NCBI RefSeq assembly: GCF_988243305.1
Contig: NZ_OZ547136.1
Reading direction: 5' to 3' (one strand)
Length of the DNA: 64,000 nucleotides
This document shows, piece after piece, positions 52,693-63,404 of the stretch (its first letter is position 1; the number at the start of each line of letters is the position of its first letter). The position numbers and the translations under genes were made by a program. Under the pieces are notes generated by a model. That model worked only from the letters and a program-made list of their open reading frames with translations. It ran no database searches and was not told the DNA's origin.

Positions 52693-53978
52693 TTCGCTGT
52701 TTCCTCACTCACAATTCGGTTCACCAGGCGGCCCACGCCTTCTACTTCCACCACTACTTCATCGCCAGGCACCACGTCAGATAAGCCTTTTGGTGTGCCG
52801 GTGGCGATCATGTCGCCCGGATTCAGGGTCATAAATTCGCTTAAGTAGGCGATCAGGAAGGGCACGCTGAAGATCAGATCGGCGGTGGTGCCTTGCTGGC
52901 GTAACTCGCCGTTGACGAAGGTGCGAAGGGTCAGATTATGCGGGGCCGGGATCGCCTCTTTCGGCACGATGGTTGAAAGCATCGGCGTCAGTCCGTCGCG
53001 GCTTTTTACCCGCAGGTTAGGGCGGTAGTAGTTTTCCAGATAGTCGCGAATGGCGTAGTCGTTACACACGGTGTAGCCCGCGACATAATCCATGGCATCG
53101 GCTTCGCTGACGTTACGCGCCTGCTTGCCAATAACTACCACCAGCTCCGCTTCGTAGTGCATGTATTCAATATTGTTCGGGCGCACGGAGGTCTGGTTAT
53201 CGCCAGTGAGGGTATTCGGCGCTTTCAGGAACACCAGCGGTTCTTCCGGTGGCTTAAATTCCAGTTCGCTGGCGTGGTCGGCGTAGTTCAGGCCGAGGGC
53301 AAACAGCGTGCCGTGCGGGTGTGGCTGCGTTGGGAAGCTCTTGCGCGTGGTCACTTCACGTTCGTCCACTACCGGATTTTCCAGTGGCGGGAAACCTTCT
53401 GCGAGAACACGCACGCGATCGCCTGGCTGTATTTCCACGCGCGCCTGTGGCGTGCCGAGCAGAATGGCATCGCCTGGATTCAGCGTGGCAAATTCGCTCA
53501 GGGCGCTCAGCAACTGTGCGGCGTTACGTTGTAAATCGGCGGTATTCCAGTGATCGGCAGGACGCCCGTTGATCTCGGTATAGATAGTCAGATTATCGAC
53601 ATTGCTGAGAGCCACGGTTTCGCCAATGGGGCAGAATCCATCACGACATTTTGCTTTGATTGCCGGGCGGTAAAAGCTCTCTTCCGGCAGGCTGACGTCG
53701 TTAGCCAGCGCATATCCGGCGATGTACTCTGCCGCATCTTCTTCACGTACTTTCGTCGCCGTTTTCCCCACCATCAACGCAACAGTCGCACCGCTCAGTA
53801 CCTTTTCACCCTGTGGAAAGGGAATCCGTTCACCGCAACCAATCACCGTATTGCGCGGTTTAATAAACCAGACCGCAGTTTTAGGCGGGGTTTTGTAGGG
53901 GGATTGCTGGAACGCTTCCTGCCATGCATCAAGCTGGCTGCGATGGTTCAACGCTACGGCGAAGATAGTGCCTTTCAT
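52689..53978 (-). CDS. hpaG: Bifunctional OPET decarboxylase / HHDD isomerase (tandem FAH-fold domains)
   Basis: 429-aa product from MKGTIFAVALNH...; two fumarylacetoacetate-hydrolase-like halves; 4-nt overlap with hpaE start. Confidence 0.88.
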   Translation of the reverse strand: MKGTIFAVALNHRSQLDAWQEAFQQSPYKTPPKTAVWFIKPRNTVIGCGERIPFPQGEKVLSGATVALMVGKTATKVREEDAAEYIAGYALANDVSLPEESFYRPAIKAKCRDGFCPIGETVALSNVDNLTIYTEINGRPADHWNTADLQRNAAQLLSALSEFATLNPGDAILLGTPQARVEIQPGDRVRVLAEGFPPLENPVVDEREVTTRKSFPTQPHPHGTLFALGLNYADHASELEFKPPEEPLVFLKAPNTLTGDNQTSVRPNNIEYMHYEAELVVVIGKQARNVSEADAMDYVAGYTVCNDYAIRDYLENYYRPNLRVKSRDGLTPMLSTIVPKEAIPAPHNLTLRTFVNGELRQQGTTADLIFSVPFLIAYLSEFMTLNPGDMIATGTPKGLSDVVPGDEVVVEVEGVGRLVNRIVSEETAK

Positions 53979-54249
53979 TACCACTCCTCGGATTCGATCA
54001 TCTTAATCATTAATATGTTAATGATTACTTTTATTCCCGATTGCGTAGTTTGGCAAAAGTAAGTGATGTAAATGTGATCTAATTAACAAACTATTTACAT
54101 TTGCAGGTAATAAAATACTAAATATCAGTAAGTTAATAAAGTATGCTCAATTTTGATAAAATGAGGAATTGCGGGGATAGCTCAGTCCCGGTAACGTGAT
54201 GATTAACTGTTTCTATATTAATGATTTTGAATTTTTCAGGGGAAAGATA

Positions 54250-54696
54250 ATGCACGACTCACTAACCATTGCGTTGCTCCAGGCGCGAGAAGCGGCGATG
54301 AGTTATTTTCGCCCAATCGTTAAACGGCATAATTTGACTGAGCAACAGTGGCGCATCGTGCGTATTCTGGCGGAAAGCCCATCAATGGATTTTCACGATC
54401 TGGCGTATCGCGCCTGCATTTTGCGCCCAAGCCTGACCGGGATCCTCACGCGGATGGAACGCGACGGTTTAGTGTTGCGATTAAAGCCGATCAATGATCA
54501 GCGGAAGCTCTATATCTCGCTGACCAAAGAGGGGCAGGCGCTGTATAACCGCGCTCAGACACAGATTGAAGAGGCCTATCGGCAGATTGAAGCTCAGTTT
54601 ACTGCCGAGAAAATGCAACAGTTAACCCATCTGTTAGAGGAATTTATTGCTCTGGGTAATTCCCGACAAGAAGACATCCCGGGCGATAATGAATAA
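54250..54696 (+). CDS. hpaR: MarR-family repressor of the hpa meta operon
   Basis: 148-aa product from the ATG at 54250 (MHDSLTIALLQAREAAMSYFRPI...); MarR winged helix; divergent from hpaG. Confidence 0.85.
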   Translation: MHDSLTIALLQAREAAMSYFRPIVKRHNLTEQQWRIVRILAESPSMDFHDLAYRACILRPSLTGILTRMERDGLVLRLKPINDQRKLYISLTKEGQALYNRAQTQIEEAYRQIEAQFTAEKMQQLTHLLEEFIALGNSRQEDIPGDNE

Positions 54697-54757
54697 CTTT
54701 TTAATATCTGATAACCAGCGCCTGGTTTTTCCATGGATGGCGGGTTACACCTTTTCA

Positions 54758-54784
54758 TAAAGTTTTTCCTTTCCAGGCCGAAAA
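54758..54784 (+). promoter_or_regulatory. Sigma-28 (FliA) class-III flagellar promoter upstream of tsr
   Basis: TAAAGTTT - 11 nt - GCCGAAAA matches the sigma-28 consensus TAAAGTTT-N11-GCCGATAA, about 30 nt upstream of the tsr ATG. Confidence 0.55.
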
Positions 54785-54814
54785 TCTTGCATCGGTCCAC
54801 AGGAAAGAGAAACC

Positions 54815-56479
54815 ATGTTAAAACGTATCAAAATTGTGACCAGCTTACTGCTGGTTTTGGCCGTTTTTGGCCTTTTACAACTGACATCAGGCGGTCTGTT
54901 CTTTAATGCCTTAAAGAATGACAAAGAAAATTTCACTGTTTTACAAACCATTCGCCAGCAGCAATCCACGCTGAATGGCAGCTGGGTCGCGTTGTTGCAG
55001 ACGCGTAACACCCTCAACCGCGCGGGTATCCGCTACATGATGGATCAGAATAATATTGGTAGCGGTTCAACCGTTGCTGAGCTGATGCAGAGTGCCAGTA
55101 TTTCGCTGAAACAGGCGGAAAAAAACTGGGCGGATTACGAAGCGTTGCCGCGTGACCCGCATCAGAGCACCGCCGCAGCGGCAGAGATCAAACGTAATTA
55201 CGATATTTATCACAATGCGCTGGCGGAGCTGATCCAACTGTTAGGTGCAGGCAAAATCAACGAGTTCTTTGATCAGCCAACCCAGGGATATCAGGACGGT
55301 TTCGAGAAGCAGTATGTGGCTTACATGGAGCAAAACGATCGGCTCTATGATATCGCCGTCAGCGATAATAATGCCTCCTACAGCCAGGCGATGTGGATCC
55401 TGGTGGGCGTGATGATCGTCGTACTGGCAGTCATCTTCGCCGTCTGGTTCGGTATTAAAGCCTCGTTGGTAGCGCCAATGAATCGCCTGATTGACAGCAT
55501 TCGTCATATTGCAGGCGGCGATCTGGTGAAACCGATTGAGGTGGATGGCTCTAATGAGATGGGGCAACTGGCAGAGAGTTTGCGCCATATGCAGGGAGAG
55601 CTGATGCGAACCGTCGGTGATGTGCGCAACGGGGCCAATGCCATCTATAGCGGTGCCAGCGAAATCGCCACCGGCAATAACGATCTCTCTTCGCGCACCG
55701 AGCAACAGGCCGCTTCGCTGGAAGAGACGGCAGCCAGCATGGAGCAACTGACCGCAACGGTGAAACAGAACGCCGAGAATGCGCGTCAGGCCAGCCATCT
55801 GGCGTTAAGTGCTTCTGAAACGGCGCAACGCGGCGGCAAAGTGGTGGATAACGTAGTACAGACCATGCGCGATATCTCCACCAGTTCGCAGAAAATCGCC
55901 GATATTATCAGCGTAATTGACGGCATTGCCTTCCAGACCAATATTCTGGCTTTGAACGCGGCGGTTGAGGCTGCGCGTGCGGGTGAGCAAGGGCGCGGTT
56001 TTGCGGTGGTCGCGGGAGAAGTGCGTAATCTGGCCCAGCGCAGCGCCCAGGCGGCTCGTGAAATTAAAAGCCTGATTGAAGACTCGGTGGGGAAAGTGGA
56101 TGTTGGCTCTACGCTGGTCGAAAGCGCCGGGGAAACAATGGCGGAGATTGTCAGTGCCGTGACCCGCGTGACGGACATTATGGGCGAAATTGCTTCTGCT
56201 TCTGATGAGCAGAGCCGTGGTATCGATCAGGTTGGATTAGCGGTTGCTGAGATGGACCGGGTAACTCAACAGAACGCCGCGCTGGTGGAAGAATCTGCCG
56301 CCGCCGCTGCCGCGCTGGAAGAGCAGGCCAGTCGCCTGACCGAAGCTGTGGCAGTGTTCCGGATTCAGCAACAGCAGCAACAGCAGCGTGAAACATCGGC
56401 TGTAGTAAAAACCGTGACGCCAGCTACGCCGCGTAAAATGGCCGTGGCAGATAGCGGCGAGAACTGGGAAACGTTTTAA
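54815..56479 (+). CDS. tsr: Methyl-accepting chemotaxis protein I (serine chemoreceptor)
   Basis: 554-aa ORF; periplasmic ligand domain, HAMP, highly conserved MCP signalling domain and C-terminal NWETF pentapeptide. Confidence 0.93.
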   Translation: MLKRIKIVTSLLLVLAVFGLLQLTSGGLFFNALKNDKENFTVLQTIRQQQSTLNGSWVALLQTRNTLNRAGIRYMMDQNNIGSGSTVAELMQSASISLKQAEKNWADYEALPRDPHQSTAAAAEIKRNYDIYHNALAELIQLLGAGKINEFFDQPTQGYQDGFEKQYVAYMEQNDRLYDIAVSDNNASYSQAMWILVGVMIVVLAVIFAVWFGIKASLVAPMNRLIDSIRHIAGGDLVKPIEVDGSNEMGQLAESLRHMQGELMRTVGDVRNGANAIYSGASEIATGNNDLSSRTEQQAASLEETAASMEQLTATVKQNAENARQASHLALSASETAQRGGKVVDNVVQTMRDISTSSQKIADIISVIDGIAFQTNILALNAAVEAARAGEQGRGFAVVAGEVRNLAQRSAQAAREIKSLIEDSVGKVDVGSTLVESAGETMAEIVSAVTRVTDIMGEIASASDEQSRGIDQVGLAVAEMDRVTQQNAALVEESAAAAAALEEQASRLTEAVAVFRIQQQQQQQRETSAVVKTVTPATPRKMAVADSGENWETF

Positions 56480-56486
56480 TCGCCAT

Positions 56487-56520
56487 AAAAATGCCCGATA
56501 AGCAAAATGTTATCGGGCAT
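56487..56520 (-). terminator. Hairpin between convergent tsr and lgoT, probable lgoT terminator
   Basis: Perfect 10-bp inverted repeat atgcccgata...tatcgggcat with a T-run on the minus strand. Confidence 0.4.
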
Positions 56521-56527
56521 AGGGAGT

Positions 56528-57889
56528 TTAATCTTTACGCGGGTCGTTGATCGGCTGACGAACCAGGAAGATGTACGCCAGTGCCCCCGCTGCGGTGACG
56601 CAACCGCAGATGATTAGTGCCAGACGGAATGAGTGGGTGGTATCAACAATAAAACCAGTAATGATCGGCGCGAAAGAGGCGCAGATGAAGCTGGCAAAGT
56701 TCTGGATACTGCCCACCGACGCCGTCATGCGAGAAGCAACTGCGACGTGGATCAAGCCCCAGCAGGATGTTCCGGCAAAGTGAATACAAAACAGTGCCAT
56801 GCCAATCAGCAGAACCGCTGTCATGGATGTTGTCGCTTGCGGTACGACCAGCGTAAAGGCGGCAGAACAGAACATCCCGGCAATAATGCAGATCTTACGG
56901 CTTTTAATCGGAGCCATTCCCCCTTTGACCAGCCAGTCGGTAACGTAACCGTTGACCAGCATCCCGGCAGCCCCAAACAGGAAAGGGATAGCCGCCATCA
57001 ATCCTGTGCTTTTTAAATCCAGGTTATAGGCTGTTTGCAGGTAACCAGGAAGCCAGGCCAGATACAGCCACGCAGTGTAGTTGATGCCACTGAATCCGAG
57101 CATCATTCCCCACATTGTGCGGTTACGGAACAGGCTGCGCCATTCGGCAAAACTGAGCGGATCTCGGCGGGCATTGACGCTACCTGCATTGAGATAAGCT
57201 TGTTCAACGGCAGTCAGTTCTACGTGCTCGCGGTTGCGATAGAGCATATACCAGCCGATGGCGAGAAAAATCCCCAGTACACCAATGGTAATAAACATCC
57301 CGCGCCAGCCCATCACCAGCATCATCGCCGCCAGAATCGGTGGGCTTACGGCAACGCCAATGGTAGAAGCTGCGTTGAAGAAGCCCATCGGGCGTCCGCG
57401 CTCTTTGATGTTGAACCAGTCGTTAATGACTTTTACACCGCATGGGTTCATCGGCGCTTCACCAATCCCCATACCGATACGCACCAACACGAACTGCGTA
57501 AAGCTGTGCACCATGCCAGACATGGCCTGGAACAGTGACCAGAAGAACATCCCCAGTCCCAGCATCAGGCGTGGGCCTTTACGATCCAATAGTGGGCCGC
57601 AAGGAAGTTGCGCAATCCCGTAAGCGAGTGAAAACACGGAGAGCAAAGCGCCGATTTCGGTGGCACTTAATCCCAATTCTTCACGAATCGTTAAATTTGC
57701 TACCGACAGCGAACTGCGGTCGAGATAATTGATTACCGCCGCAAAAAATAATAACAACATGGCGGTGGTTTGAATGCGTTTAATTCGGGTACTGCGTTGA
57801 ACTAATCCATCTGGTGGCACGGGAATATCTGCCGACGAAGATGGAGTAAATGAAGAACGCGGATCGAGGGTGATATTTTCTTTTTCCAC
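56528..57889 (-). CDS. lgoT: L-galactonate MFS transporter (YjjL)
   Basis: 453-aa MFS transporter ORF in the conserved position. Confidence 0.88.
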   Translation of the reverse strand: MEKENITLDPRSSFTPSSSADIPVPPDGLVQRSTRIKRIQTTAMLLLFFAAVINYLDRSSLSVANLTIREELGLSATEIGALLSVFSLAYGIAQLPCGPLLDRKGPRLMLGLGMFFWSLFQAMSGMVHSFTQFVLVRIGMGIGEAPMNPCGVKVINDWFNIKERGRPMGFFNAASTIGVAVSPPILAAMMLVMGWRGMFITIGVLGIFLAIGWYMLYRNREHVELTAVEQAYLNAGSVNARRDPLSFAEWRSLFRNRTMWGMMLGFSGINYTAWLYLAWLPGYLQTAYNLDLKSTGLMAAIPFLFGAAGMLVNGYVTDWLVKGGMAPIKSRKICIIAGMFCSAAFTLVVPQATTSMTAVLLIGMALFCIHFAGTSCWGLIHVAVASRMTASVGSIQNFASFICASFAPIITGFIVDTTHSFRLALIICGCVTAAGALAYIFLVRQPINDPRKD

Positions 57890-58103
57890 GCCGGACTCCT
57901 GTATTTATAATTTTAATTGTTTACGTAATTGTGCATTACGCAAGGTTGACATTAACGGCAGGTTAAAGTTTTAGGACTTTACTACCGCTCACAAAAACAT
58001 TTTTAGTCGACTGATTGTGAGCATAGGTAAGCGGGAATTTCCCGGTATTTATCTTTTGATAAAACCGTGCACCCGCTAATAGTTTGCTGTTTTTAATCCG
58101 TAC

Positions 58104-59018
58104 TTAATGAGCATAACGCGTGTTCTCATTAATGGATCGAATCATTGATTGTTTAGCTGAATTCAAATGGTTACGGAGCGCAAGGGTGGCATCAAGGTCA
58201 CTGCGGCAAATCAGAGCGCTGAGAATGGTCATATGCTCATCGACGGCAATGATATTGCGCTGTTTAAGATCGCTTTCGTCCCATTGATAGTGAAAATGAA
58301 AGATGACTGAGATGATCTCAAGCGATTGATCAAAAAAGATATTGTCGGCAGCTGAAAGCAGTAAGGAGTGAAAATCTCTGTCAAGTTGCGAGAACATGCG
58401 AAAGCTATTGCCGATGTTGTCACGCAGTAGCCGATGACGTTCGAGCATGGTTTTCGCCTGCAGCCAGCGGGGATCATGATCAGGCAGGTTGAGAAAGTGC
58501 TGAAGTGAATGAGTTTCGAGCATTTCGCGTAGCTCAAACAGCTGCTCAGCGTAGGATTGATCGAATTGCTTCATGCTCCACTGGCCGCGCTTTTCGCTTT
58601 GAATAAGATTATAACGGCCGAATTTTAAAAGATATTCTCTTACTACAACCGGGCTGACACCCGCGGCCCGAGCCAGTTGCAGTTCAGAAAAAGTTTCCCC
58701 AGGGCGTAACTGACGCTGGTTTATCATCGTGAAAAAAGCCTGCTCAAACACTTTGTTTTGTTCACTCATTGAAGCGGTAGTACAGGCGAAACCGTCATCA
58801 TGGTCAGGTTTACGCGCAATAACATAGTCGTTTCCAACCTGCGTTAAGACGCCGCATTCGCGTAAGTGGCTGAGAATATGACGCACTGTAGTGCGGCTGA
58901 TGTTGTACATTTCCGCCAACGCACTTTGCGATGGAAGTGGGGAAGGGATATGACCCCGCGCCATATCATCAATGACCTGGTTAATCACATTGTGGCGTAA
59001 ATTTTGTGAACGACTCAT
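58104..59018 (-). CDS. lgoR: GntR-family regulator of L-galactonate utilisation (YjjM)
   Basis: 304-aa ORF with N-terminal winged HTH; divergent from lgoD. Confidence 0.88.
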   Translation of the reverse strand: MSRSQNLRHNVINQVIDDMARGHIPSPLPSQSALAEMYNISRTTVRHILSHLRECGVLTQVGNDYVIARKPDHDDGFACTTASMSEQNKVFEQAFFTMINQRQLRPGETFSELQLARAAGVSPVVVREYLLKFGRYNLIQSEKRGQWSMKQFDQSYAEQLFELREMLETHSLQHFLNLPDHDPRWLQAKTMLERHRLLRDNIGNSFRMFSQLDRDFHSLLLSAADNIFFDQSLEIISVIFHFHYQWDESDLKQRNIIAVDEHMTILSALICRSDLDATLALRNHLNSAKQSMIRSINENTRYAH

Positions 59019-59156
59019 ATTTTCCTCCTTGTGAGTCCATTAAAACCCGATTTAAAACATTTTTATGCGTGTGTTTTCACAAAACAGATTTTCCGTTCCG
59101 CTGCCATTTTTCATTTTCATTGATATCTAAGGCAACAAAAAATGGAGAGCCGAATC

Positions 59157-60179
59157 ATGTCTACGATGAATGTTTTAATTTGCCAGCAGCCGAAAGAATT
59201 AGTCTGGAAACAACGCGAGATACCTATTCCGGGTGACAATGAAGCATTAATAAAAATTAAGTCTGTCGGGATTTGCGGTACCGATATTCATGCCTGGGGT
59301 GGAAATCAACCATTTTTTAGTTATCCACGGGTTTTAGGCCATGAAATATGTGGGGAGATTGTTGGGCTGGGTAAAAATATTGCAAATCTTAAAAATGGAC
59401 AGCAAGTAGCGGTGATCCCTTATGTTGCCTGTCAGCAATGCCCGGCGTGTAAAAGCGGGCGTACCAATTGCTGTGAAAAAATTTCAGTCATTGGCGTGCA
59501 TCAGGATGGCGGTTTTAGTGAGTATTTGAGCGTGCCGGTGGCGAACATTTTGCCCGCAGACGGTATTGACCCGCAGGCGGCAGCATTGATTGAACCTTTC
59601 GCTATTAGCGCTCATGCGGTGCGTCGCGCAGCCATGGCTCCCGGCGAGCAGGTGCTGGTGGTCGGGGCGGGGCCAATCGGTCTGGGCGCGGCGGCAATCG
59701 CTAAAGCCGATGGCGCACAGGTAGTGGTGGCGGATACCAGTCCGGCGCGCCGTGAACATGTGGCAACGCGTCTGGAGTTGCCCGTGCTGGACCCGTCAGC
59801 CGAAGATTTTGACGCGCAGCTGCGGGCGCAGTTTGGTGGTTCGCTGGCGCAGAAAGTGATCGACGCGACAGGTAATCAACATGCGATGAATAACACCGTG
59901 AATCTGATTCGTCACGGCGGCACGGTGGTATTTGTCGGTCTGTTTAAAGGTGAGTTGCAGTTCTCCGATCCAGAATTCCATAAAAAAGAAACGACGATGA
60001 TGGGTAGCCGCAACGCCACGCCGGAAGATTTCGCTAAAGTCGGTCGACTGATGGCGGAAGGGAAAATCACTGCCGACATGATGTTAACCCATCGCTACCC
60101 GTTCGCCACGCTGGCAGAAACCTACGAGCGTGATGTGATTAACAATCGTGAGTTGATTAAGGGTGTAATTACTTTCTGA
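59157..60179 (+). CDS. lgoD: L-galactonate 5-dehydrogenase (Zn-dependent alcohol dehydrogenase family; YjjN)
   Basis: 340-aa product from MSTMNVLICQQPKEL... (GGAGAG Shine-Dalgarno); MDR-family Zn-ADH motifs (GHE, CxxCxxC, GxGxxG). Confidence 0.88.
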   Translation: MSTMNVLICQQPKELVWKQREIPIPGDNEALIKIKSVGICGTDIHAWGGNQPFFSYPRVLGHEICGEIVGLGKNIANLKNGQQVAVIPYVACQQCPACKSGRTNCCEKISVIGVHQDGGFSEYLSVPVANILPADGIDPQAAALIEPFAISAHAVRRAAMAPGEQVLVVGAGPIGLGAAAIAKADGAQVVVADTSPARREHVATRLELPVLDPSAEDFDAQLRAQFGGSLAQKVIDATGNQHAMNNTVNLIRHGGTVVFVGLFKGELQFSDPEFHKKETTMMGSRNATPEDFAKVGRLMAEGKITADMMLTHRYPFATLAETYERDVINNRELIKGVITF

Positions 60180-60206
60180 TAAGGCGAGATTATTAAAGTT
60201 GCCATG

Positions 60207-60241
60207 CAGCGTCCGGGGAAGTGTTGGGCGCTGTTTTTTTT
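60207..60241 (+). terminator. Putative rho-independent terminator downstream of lgoD
   Basis: Imperfect GC-rich hairpin cagcgtccgggg...gggcgctg followed by an 8-nt T-run. Confidence 0.5.
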
Positions 60242-60261
60242 GTTTCTTAATAGTGTGTTGT

Positions 60262-60306
60262 AAGCCGGAGAAGGCGTGTAGGTCGCACCTTATGCGACCT
60301 ACACAT
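60262..60306. repeat. REP-like palindrome between lgoD and opgB
   Basis: gtgtaggtcgcaccttatgcgacctacac perfect palindrome embedded in a REP-like context. Confidence 0.45.
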
Positions 60307-60316
60307 CAGTCAGGAA

Positions 60317-62608
60317 TTAACCTTCACGTTCTACCACTTTAATTTCCACCATGCCGATCCCGAGCTTACGCGGCGAGTGTCCGAGGATATTCCCTTCGTT
60401 GGTTGAGACAGGTTCCGGCGGCACAATTACCAGCGTGTCGGCATCGGTTGGGTTATCGAAATGCAGCGTGGTGGTGGTCACTTCATTGCCCAGCACAAGA
60501 GTTTGTTCTTCATTGCCTACGCGTACCGGAATAGGACGGCTGGCGTTATTGCCGTATGCTTTGGCGGTAATCACCAGGTCAAATTTCTTCGGCAGCGGAT
60601 GCTTGTACTCGATTTTTACTTCGTCGCCCAGTTGCGCGTTGGACCAGCGGCCCCACGACTCCGGACGGGAAATCCCGCTAAACTGTTTCACCTCTTCTGG
60701 CGCACCGGCGACGTTAAAGATGAAACTGTCGGCTTTGTAGCGAATATCGTTATCAACAATCTTCAGCGTATCGACATTGCCTTTGTAACGCGCCATGTCG
60801 ATGACCGTATCTTTAAATGCCGTTTTGCCCTTCCATGTTGTTTTATCAACATGCTGGACAATTTGCTGACCGCCAAGCTGCCCTTGCGAGACACACCAGT
60901 CGGTGGAAAGTGCCAGTTCCGGAGCCCAGAGTTGTGCCATCTTATAGCAACGGTCAACCCAGACGAAATTGTCGCGTGGAGCGAAATCGGCCAGCTGGAA
61001 ACGCAGCGGTGCTGAGTATTCACTTTCCGGCAGCGGTTCTACGCGCTTGTCTGAAACCCGCAACAGCAGCGGCAAACGGAAATGGCTACCCGAGAAGGCA
61101 ATCATGTTTTTCTGCTGGTCGATGGTGAACTCTTTCATCTCTTTAGGGAATTTCCACAGGCGGATGATATCCGGCTTCCACGCCAATGTTTTCTCTTTGA
61201 TATTGAGGAAGATTTCCGACATCGACTGCCCGGATAAACTGCTACGACCAAGTCCGAGATAGTTATCGCCACCGAGAATGTCCAGCACCGTCGCGCCGTT
61301 ATCCATCGTGTTACGCTTCACTGCCAGCGTCTCTTGCTGCGGCTTGTCGCCACGGATGACAAAAAACAGGTTATTGCGATCCTGCTTATTAAGGTATTTC
61401 CACGCCGTGTTGTTCATCGCTAAATGGTCAGAAGAGACGACGATAACAGTATCTTTAAACCACGGTGACGCTTTGATTTTGTTGATAAACGTCGCGATAT
61501 TCTCCTGGCTGCAACTTACCGCGCTGAATGACTGATTCGGCTTACCGTCAAAATCATATTTTTTGCGGTTACAGGTACGCGAGATAAAACCATCCGGGTG
61601 ATGGGTATCGACTGTCAGGGTAAACAGTGAGAATCGCTGACCTGAGCGGGAAAGCTCTTCAAACTTTTTCCACGCTTCATCGAGAACGGTATCGTCGTAG
61701 AATCCCCAGTCGTTGCGATAGTGCGGGTCGGCCACCACGCTTTTCAGCTCTTCTGAGCCGTATAAGTGGTCGAAGCCATGCGACTTCAGGAACACATCTT
61801 TACCGGCAAAACGCAGATTCGCGCCCTGCACGAAATAGTTCTGATAACCCGAGTTTTTCAGGATATCGCCCAGACAGATGTTCTGCGGGAAGAAGCTGGA
61901 GACAGAAGCGGAGGCGTTGCCTTCAAAGGGGGCAAAAAGCGGAATGCCACACTGAGAAGCCACCATGCCCGCAATCGTGTAATCTGTTCCCGGCAGCTGC
62001 TGCGTGTGGCTGAAATCCAGGCCTTCATTTTTCAACGCGCCCAGTTCAGGCGTGAGATCCGGGAAAGCCTCGTTATCAAAATAGGTCCGCTCGAGACTTT
62101 CGCCGTAGATATAAACCAGGTTGAGTTTCGGGTCAGGGATAGTTTTCGACGGCTCTTTATAATAAGCCGCAAAGTCCGGGTCGCCGTCGCGTGACTGGGA
62201 TTTCACCAGTTCCGTTATCTGACGAAATGCCGGGCTGGCATCCACTGAGCCCAGCGCCAGTAAGAGTGCCAGCAGGCTGTAACCAAAATGGTGCGGATGA
62301 TGGCGACGACGGCGCAGGATCCAGCCCAGCGCACCGAACACCGCTGTCAGCCCCAGCACAATGCCGATACCCGGAAGAATGTATTTGCTGACGCCAGCAC
62401 CGGTCAGGCTGTTGGTTAAGGTATAGAGAACCGCGTCGTTAATACCATCGCCTGTAAAATAGTCGCTGGCAAACAGGGTGATATTTAAAACGACAAATAG
62501 CCCCAGCACCGTTAACGTGGCTGCAAACCACCAGGTGTTACGTCCCGCTTTCCATGCGTAAATCAGCACAGAGGCGAGAAAAAGGGCGAAAGAGAGTAGT
62601 TCTGACAA
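60317..62608 (-). CDS. opgB: Phosphoglycerol transferase I (osmoregulated periplasmic glucan biosynthesis)
   Basis: 763-aa ORF; N-terminal TM segments plus sulfatase-like periplasmic domain. Confidence 0.9.
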   Translation of the reverse strand: MSELLSFALFLASVLIYAWKAGRNTWWFAATLTVLGLFVVLNITLFASDYFTGDGINDAVLYTLTNSLTGAGVSKYILPGIGIVLGLTAVFGALGWILRRRRHHPHHFGYSLLALLLALGSVDASPAFRQITELVKSQSRDGDPDFAAYYKEPSKTIPDPKLNLVYIYGESLERTYFDNEAFPDLTPELGALKNEGLDFSHTQQLPGTDYTIAGMVASQCGIPLFAPFEGNASASVSSFFPQNICLGDILKNSGYQNYFVQGANLRFAGKDVFLKSHGFDHLYGSEELKSVVADPHYRNDWGFYDDTVLDEAWKKFEELSRSGQRFSLFTLTVDTHHPDGFISRTCNRKKYDFDGKPNQSFSAVSCSQENIATFINKIKASPWFKDTVIVVSSDHLAMNNTAWKYLNKQDRNNLFFVIRGDKPQQETLAVKRNTMDNGATVLDILGGDNYLGLGRSSLSGQSMSEIFLNIKEKTLAWKPDIIRLWKFPKEMKEFTIDQQKNMIAFSGSHFRLPLLLRVSDKRVEPLPESEYSAPLRFQLADFAPRDNFVWVDRCYKMAQLWAPELALSTDWCVSQGQLGGQQIVQHVDKTTWKGKTAFKDTVIDMARYKGNVDTLKIVDNDIRYKADSFIFNVAGAPEEVKQFSGISRPESWGRWSNAQLGDEVKIEYKHPLPKKFDLVITAKAYGNNASRPIPVRVGNEEQTLVLGNEVTTTTLHFDNPTDADTLVIVPPEPVSTNEGNILGHSPRKLGIGMVEIKVVEREG

Positions 62609-62861
62609 CGGGCGATCCTCACTAAACCGGGCCGTTTAGCCAACGTTTAAGCTTTTTGAGAAGCACAATGTAATGGCGTCGCCATATTGCTGCAATTCTA
62701 GTGTCAAAAAAATGCGATGTTGTTAGGAATTAGTTTATAAACAGACTTTTTTGATTACGGTCGCTTCCCGTGTAACAGGGGGAAAACCGTCCAGGAGCAG
62801 GGAAAAGGGCAGGAGAGAGCCGCGTCAGCCGGGTAACAGCTAAAACGCGGCGTTTCGCGGT

Positions 62862-63359
62862 TCAGGAAATGAAGTTCAGCCCCTGCTTTAACACCAGATC
62901 GCAGGCTTTGGTTTTCACCTTTTCTGCCAGCGGAGTCGTTCCGATATTATCCAGATTGAGTTGCTGACCATCTTTAGTTTTCAGCAAACCCTGAATGCCA
63001 TCCAGATAGTTGGTGTCTTCTTTTTGCTCTTCACTGTTCAGGCCCAGTTTTTCCAGTACCTGATTCTTGATGTTTTCGGCATCGGTTACCGAAGCCAGCT
63101 TTTGCTTCGCGCAGTATTGCAGAATGCCTGCGGCGTTGTTCATGTTATCTGCGCTTAAGGCCTGGTTCCCGCTGCTAAGCAAGTTAGTTAATGACGCGAG
63201 CGACCAACCGCCTTCCTGTGTCGTGCTGTTTTGGTTGCCAAGTTCGCTGGCGGCGCTGGAGAGCGCATCTTTCCAGGACGCAGCATGCACCCCGGTGGAA
63301 ATTAATGCGCTGGCGGCAATGGCACAGCACAGAAGATGTTTAACAGTTTTCATCATCAT
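62862..63359 (-). CDS. yjjA: Uncharacterised secreted protein YjjA
   Basis: 165-aa ORF with N-terminal signal peptide (MMMKTVKHLLCCAIAASALISTGVHA); conserved position upstream of dnaC. Confidence 0.8.
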   Translation of the reverse strand: MMMKTVKHLLCCAIAASALISTGVHAASWKDALSSAASELGNQNSTTQEGGWSLASLTNLLSSGNQALSADNMNNAAGILQYCAKQKLASVTDAENIKNQVLEKLGLNSEEQKEDTNYLDGIQGLLKTKDGQQLNLDNIGTTPLAEKVKTKACDLVLKQGLNFIS

Positions 63360-63404
63360 TACTCAAGGTGGAATTGTGTCGCAGTATACCGCCAGAAACG
63401 GAGA

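Noticed and set aside
51622-52848. 408-aa ORF on the plus strand
   Set aside because: Antisense to hpaE/hpaG; low-complexity Arg-rich translation; shadow ORF.
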